This document shows positions 53,958-55,048 of a stretch of 55,048 nucleotides of DNA, piece by piece. This stretch comes from Candidatus Paceibacter sp. GTDB lineage: Bacteria > Patescibacteriota > Patescibacteriia > Magasanikbacterales > UBA922. The stretch's first letter is position 1. Every line of letters starts with the position of its first letter. The notes under the pieces are model-generated. The model was not told the origin of the DNA. It saw only the letters and a program-made list of their open reading frames with translations, and searched no databases. The stretch spans positions 1-55,048 of the forward strand of contig DYFM01000009.1 of the NCBI GenBank assembly GCA_020725175.1, written 5' to 3'. The translations under genes and the position numbers were made by a program.

Positions 53958-55045
53958 CTTAGATCCTAGAATCTAACGCAACAGCGTTAGGAATTAATTA
54001 ATTGATTAAAGATTTCATACGGAGTATGATAGCCTAAAATTTTTCTCGGTCGTCCATTTAACTGGTGCTGTGCTCTTTTTATCTGATATCTCGAAACTTT
54101 GTTAAAATCAGTGCCTTTGGGAAAATATTGTCGAACGAGTCCATTGGTGTTTTCATTTGTCCCCCGTTCCCACGGACTTCTCGGGTGAGCAAAGTAAACT
54201 TTAACTCCAGTAATGTCGGTAAACAGTTTGTGACTGGCCATTTCCCGTCCTTGATCATAGGTCATGGTGAGTCGCATTTGTTTAGGAAGTTTCTTTACTT
54301 CTTTAGCAAAGGCTTTGGCCACTACATCCGCACTTCTGTTTTTAATCGGGATGAGAATAGTCGTTCGGGTCGTGCGCTCTACCAGAGTGCCAAGAGCTGA
54401 ACGATTGTTCTTTCCAACAATGAGGTCACCCTCCCAATGTCCGGGTATGATTCGATCTTCTATGTCTTTCGGTCGCTCTTCAATACTGAGCATATCTTCA
54501 AGTTTTCGCTTTGCTTCCACGCCACGACGTTGTTTGTGTCGACGTTTTCTATTTTGCCGAAGACAAGAAAGAAGCTCTTTTTTGAGAGTACCTTTCGGTA
54601 AAACAAATAGATAGCTGTAGATGGATTCGGGAGATATTCGCATAGTCATATCCTGAGGATACTCCATTTTCAGAGTTTCGGCAATCTGGGTTGGTGACCA
54701 TTTGAGACGAAGTTTGCGATATACGTACCGTTTCAGCCGGATATGCTCATCCAAGAGGTATTTGCCAAGCTTTCGTTTGCGGCTGTTTCTCCAGGCTCTA
54801 GCGTGAGCTCTTTTGGCTCGATAGGTATATTTGTTACAGCTTCCAGCTCGAACCTCTCGACTAATGGTACTGACTGATCGTTTCAATGATTTTGCAATAT
54901 ATTGAAAAGAACAATGTTGAGCGAGCATCCGACTGATTTCCTCCCGCTCCTCTTCACTTAAACGTGTGTATTTATTCATATGAATCCAACGTATCATCTA
55001 TGGCACTTCGTGCCAAGACTGTTGCGTTAGATTCTGGAGTGAAAC
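53958..55045 (-). mobile_element. IS30-family insertion sequence
   Basis: Perfect 17-bp inverted core AGAATCTAACGCAACAG at 53968-53984 and 55019-55035, ending in AACGCAACAG as IS30 ends do. Outer ends are estimated assuming ~27-bp IRs. Confidence 0.9.
53987..54997 (-). CDS. IS30-family DDE transposase
   Basis: HTH (RSVSTISRE), GHWEGDLIVG, TYDQGREM and PWERGTNENTNGLVRQYFPKG motifs. The start is probably MNKYTRL at 54979. Confidence 0.96.
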   Translation of the reverse strand: MIRWIHMNKYTRLSEEEREEISRMLAQHCSFQYIAKSLKRSVSTISREVRAGSCNKYTYRAKRAHARAWRNSRKRKLGKYLLDEHIRLKRYVYRKLRLKWSPTQIAETLKMEYPQDMTMRISPESIYSYLFVLPKGTLKKELLSCLRQNRKRRHKQRRGVEAKRKLEDMLSIEERPKDIEDRIIPGHWEGDLIVGKNNRSALGTLVERTTRTTILIPIKNRSADVVAKAFAKEVKKLPKQMRLTMTYDQGREMASHKLFTDITGVKVYFAHPRSPWERGTNENTNGLVRQYFPKGTDFNKVSRYQIKRAQHQLNGRPRKILGYHTPYEIFNQLINS

Positions 55046-55048
55046 TTA

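Noticed and set aside
463-54614. Numerous 60-150-aa ORFs antisense to or overlapping the long genes
   Set aside because: They are shadow ORFs with no recognisable motifs, lying within well-supported genes.
1-55048. tRNA, rRNA, tmRNA or riboswitch genes
   Set aside because: No cloverleaf/T-loop (GTTCRA) or rRNA signature was recognised in the intergenic gaps. A covariance-model scan (tRNAscan-SE, Infernal/Rfam) would be needed to exclude small RNAs.

Overview
This is a 55-kb bacterial chromosomal window with almost all genes on the minus strand. Gene content, few Shine-Dalgarno-like sites and many DxDxDG-repeat surface proteins suggest Patescibacteria/CPR (Parcubacteria-like); the taxonomy is inference. 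The left part (1-23.3 kb) encodes a PIF1-like helicase, a 4xPA14 surface protein, a site-2 protease, small membrane proteins, an L,D-transpeptidase, a TSP3-repeat protein, a split ComEC pair, a GxxExxY gene, LeuRS, RplU, an S8 protease, a surface protein and a priming sugar transferase. The right part (23.4-55 kb) holds two toxin-antitoxin-type modules (MNT-HEPN, AbiEi/AbiEii) and a roughly 27-kb AT-rich surface-polysaccharide island with an IS30 element at its upstream end. Four observations stand out. (1) The GxxExxY (PD-(D/E)xK-like) gene sits between perfect 34-bp inverted repeats built from ~9-nt units. Removing the cassette recreates a TATAAT-N7-ATG leaderless promoter for comEC, and a gene-less palindromic relative lies at the other end of comEC. 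This looks like a small, poorly described mobile or excisable element family. (2) LeuRS carries two inserted enzyme domains (Nudix and alpha/beta-hydrolase) and an in-frame heptamer repeat. (3) Four otherwise intact genes each carry one in-frame stop codon. (4) Two paralogous excisionase-like HTH genes each have three 10-bp direct repeats upstream. No rRNA, tRNA or CRISPR array was recognised. All calls come from reading motifs by eye; no database searches were run.
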